Positions 63,571-64,000 of a DNA stretch of 64,000 nucleotides are shown here, in pieces (position 1 is the stretch's first letter; each line of letters starts with the position of its first letter). The notes under the pieces are model-generated. The model saw only the letters and a program-made list of their open reading frames with translations, was not told the DNA's origin and did no database searches. Both the position numbers and the translations under genes were made by a program. The DNA comes from Calditrichia bacterium (GTDB taxonomy: Bacteria; Calditrichota; Calditrichia; JAJRVZ01), in NCBI GenBank assembly GCA_963796965.1, contig CAWCNS010000007.1, forward strand, positions 32,001 through 96,000, written 5' to 3'.

Positions 63571-63861
63571 ATGACTAATACAAAAAAACGCATCTTCCAG
63601 GGTCTTGCTGCTCTTATAATCATACTGATCGTTGTTAATTGGGGGCGACTTGGCGGGGCTTACCGGGTTTACAGAGTTGTTGATCAGTTGAGCACGCAAA
63701 TACAAGAGGGAAATGACAGCCTATTGTTTAGAATTGATGCTGATTGGGGTATTGGGGATCGCCATAAATCTGTTCTCGCTGTCGTCGATTATAAAAAAAA
63801 TGTACATTTTCTCGCTGATGTGCTTTATGATAATACCCGGATTAAAATTACTAGGCAATGA
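63571..63861 (+). CDS. Hypothetical membrane-anchored protein, possibly frameshifted and continuing past the window
   Basis: RBS ggag, N-terminal TM segment; no recognisable domain. Confidence 0.5.
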   Translation: MTNTKKRIFQGLAALIIILIVVNWGRLGGAYRVYRVVDQLSTQIQEGNDSLLFRIDADWGIGDRHKSVLAVVDYKKNVHFLADVLYDNTRIKITRQ

Positions 63862-64000
63862 TCTCCAAACAAATGTCGATTTAGTAAAATCAGGCTTGAG
63901 AATATCAGGGGAAGGAGCAGAGAGAAGAAATTTTGATCTGCTACTATTGCTAGGTGAAATCCTGAATAACCATCCCGCTTTTGCGAAAGCCGTCTCTCTT

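Noticed and set aside
899..63705. Numerous short antisense or alternate-frame ORFs in the track
   Set aside because: Shadows of well-supported genes, with no recognisable motifs
22589..63861. Integron cassette array
   Set aside because: No integrase and no consistent attC RYYYAAC/GTTRRRY ends; spacers are heterogeneous repeat families
1..64000. tRNA, rRNA or riboswitch
   Set aside because: No cloverleaf or recognisable conserved RNA motif; the hairpins seen are explained by repeat families or terminators

Overview
64-kb bacterial window. Gene content (T9SS-type C-terminal domains, a PorV/PorQ barrel, a SusD-less TonB receptor) suggests a Calditrichota/KSB1/Ignavibacteria-like organism; this is inference. 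Order of content: OstA/LptA-like gene and lptB; degenerate ArsC-like protein; IT-family transporter; mutL-miaA; FadL-like outer-membrane protein; a minus-strand block of sucrose genes (sps, sus) and a peptidoglycan-recycling operon (namZ-GT2-ROK-spoIID-ampG); USP, AI-2E, PilZ and ACT genes; then a ~38-kb plus-strand glycan-utilisation island (BNR sialidases, GH28, GH172, GH38, kdsB plus a DHS-fold protein, a TonB receptor/CTD protein/PorV triad, and a Gfo/Idh/MocA plus TIM-DUF1080 module). About ten genes are broken by small indels, most likely long-read assembly errors. The most striking unexplained structure is intergenic: most longer spacers carry several families of periodic, imperfect inverted repeats, often nested inside each other and invaded by a small hairpin+CAGG element. 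One such element (7479-7860) still encloses an internally deleted GxxExxY gene, suggesting these are non-autonomous relics of a nuclease-cassette mobile system. No rRNA, tRNA or CRISPR array was seen.
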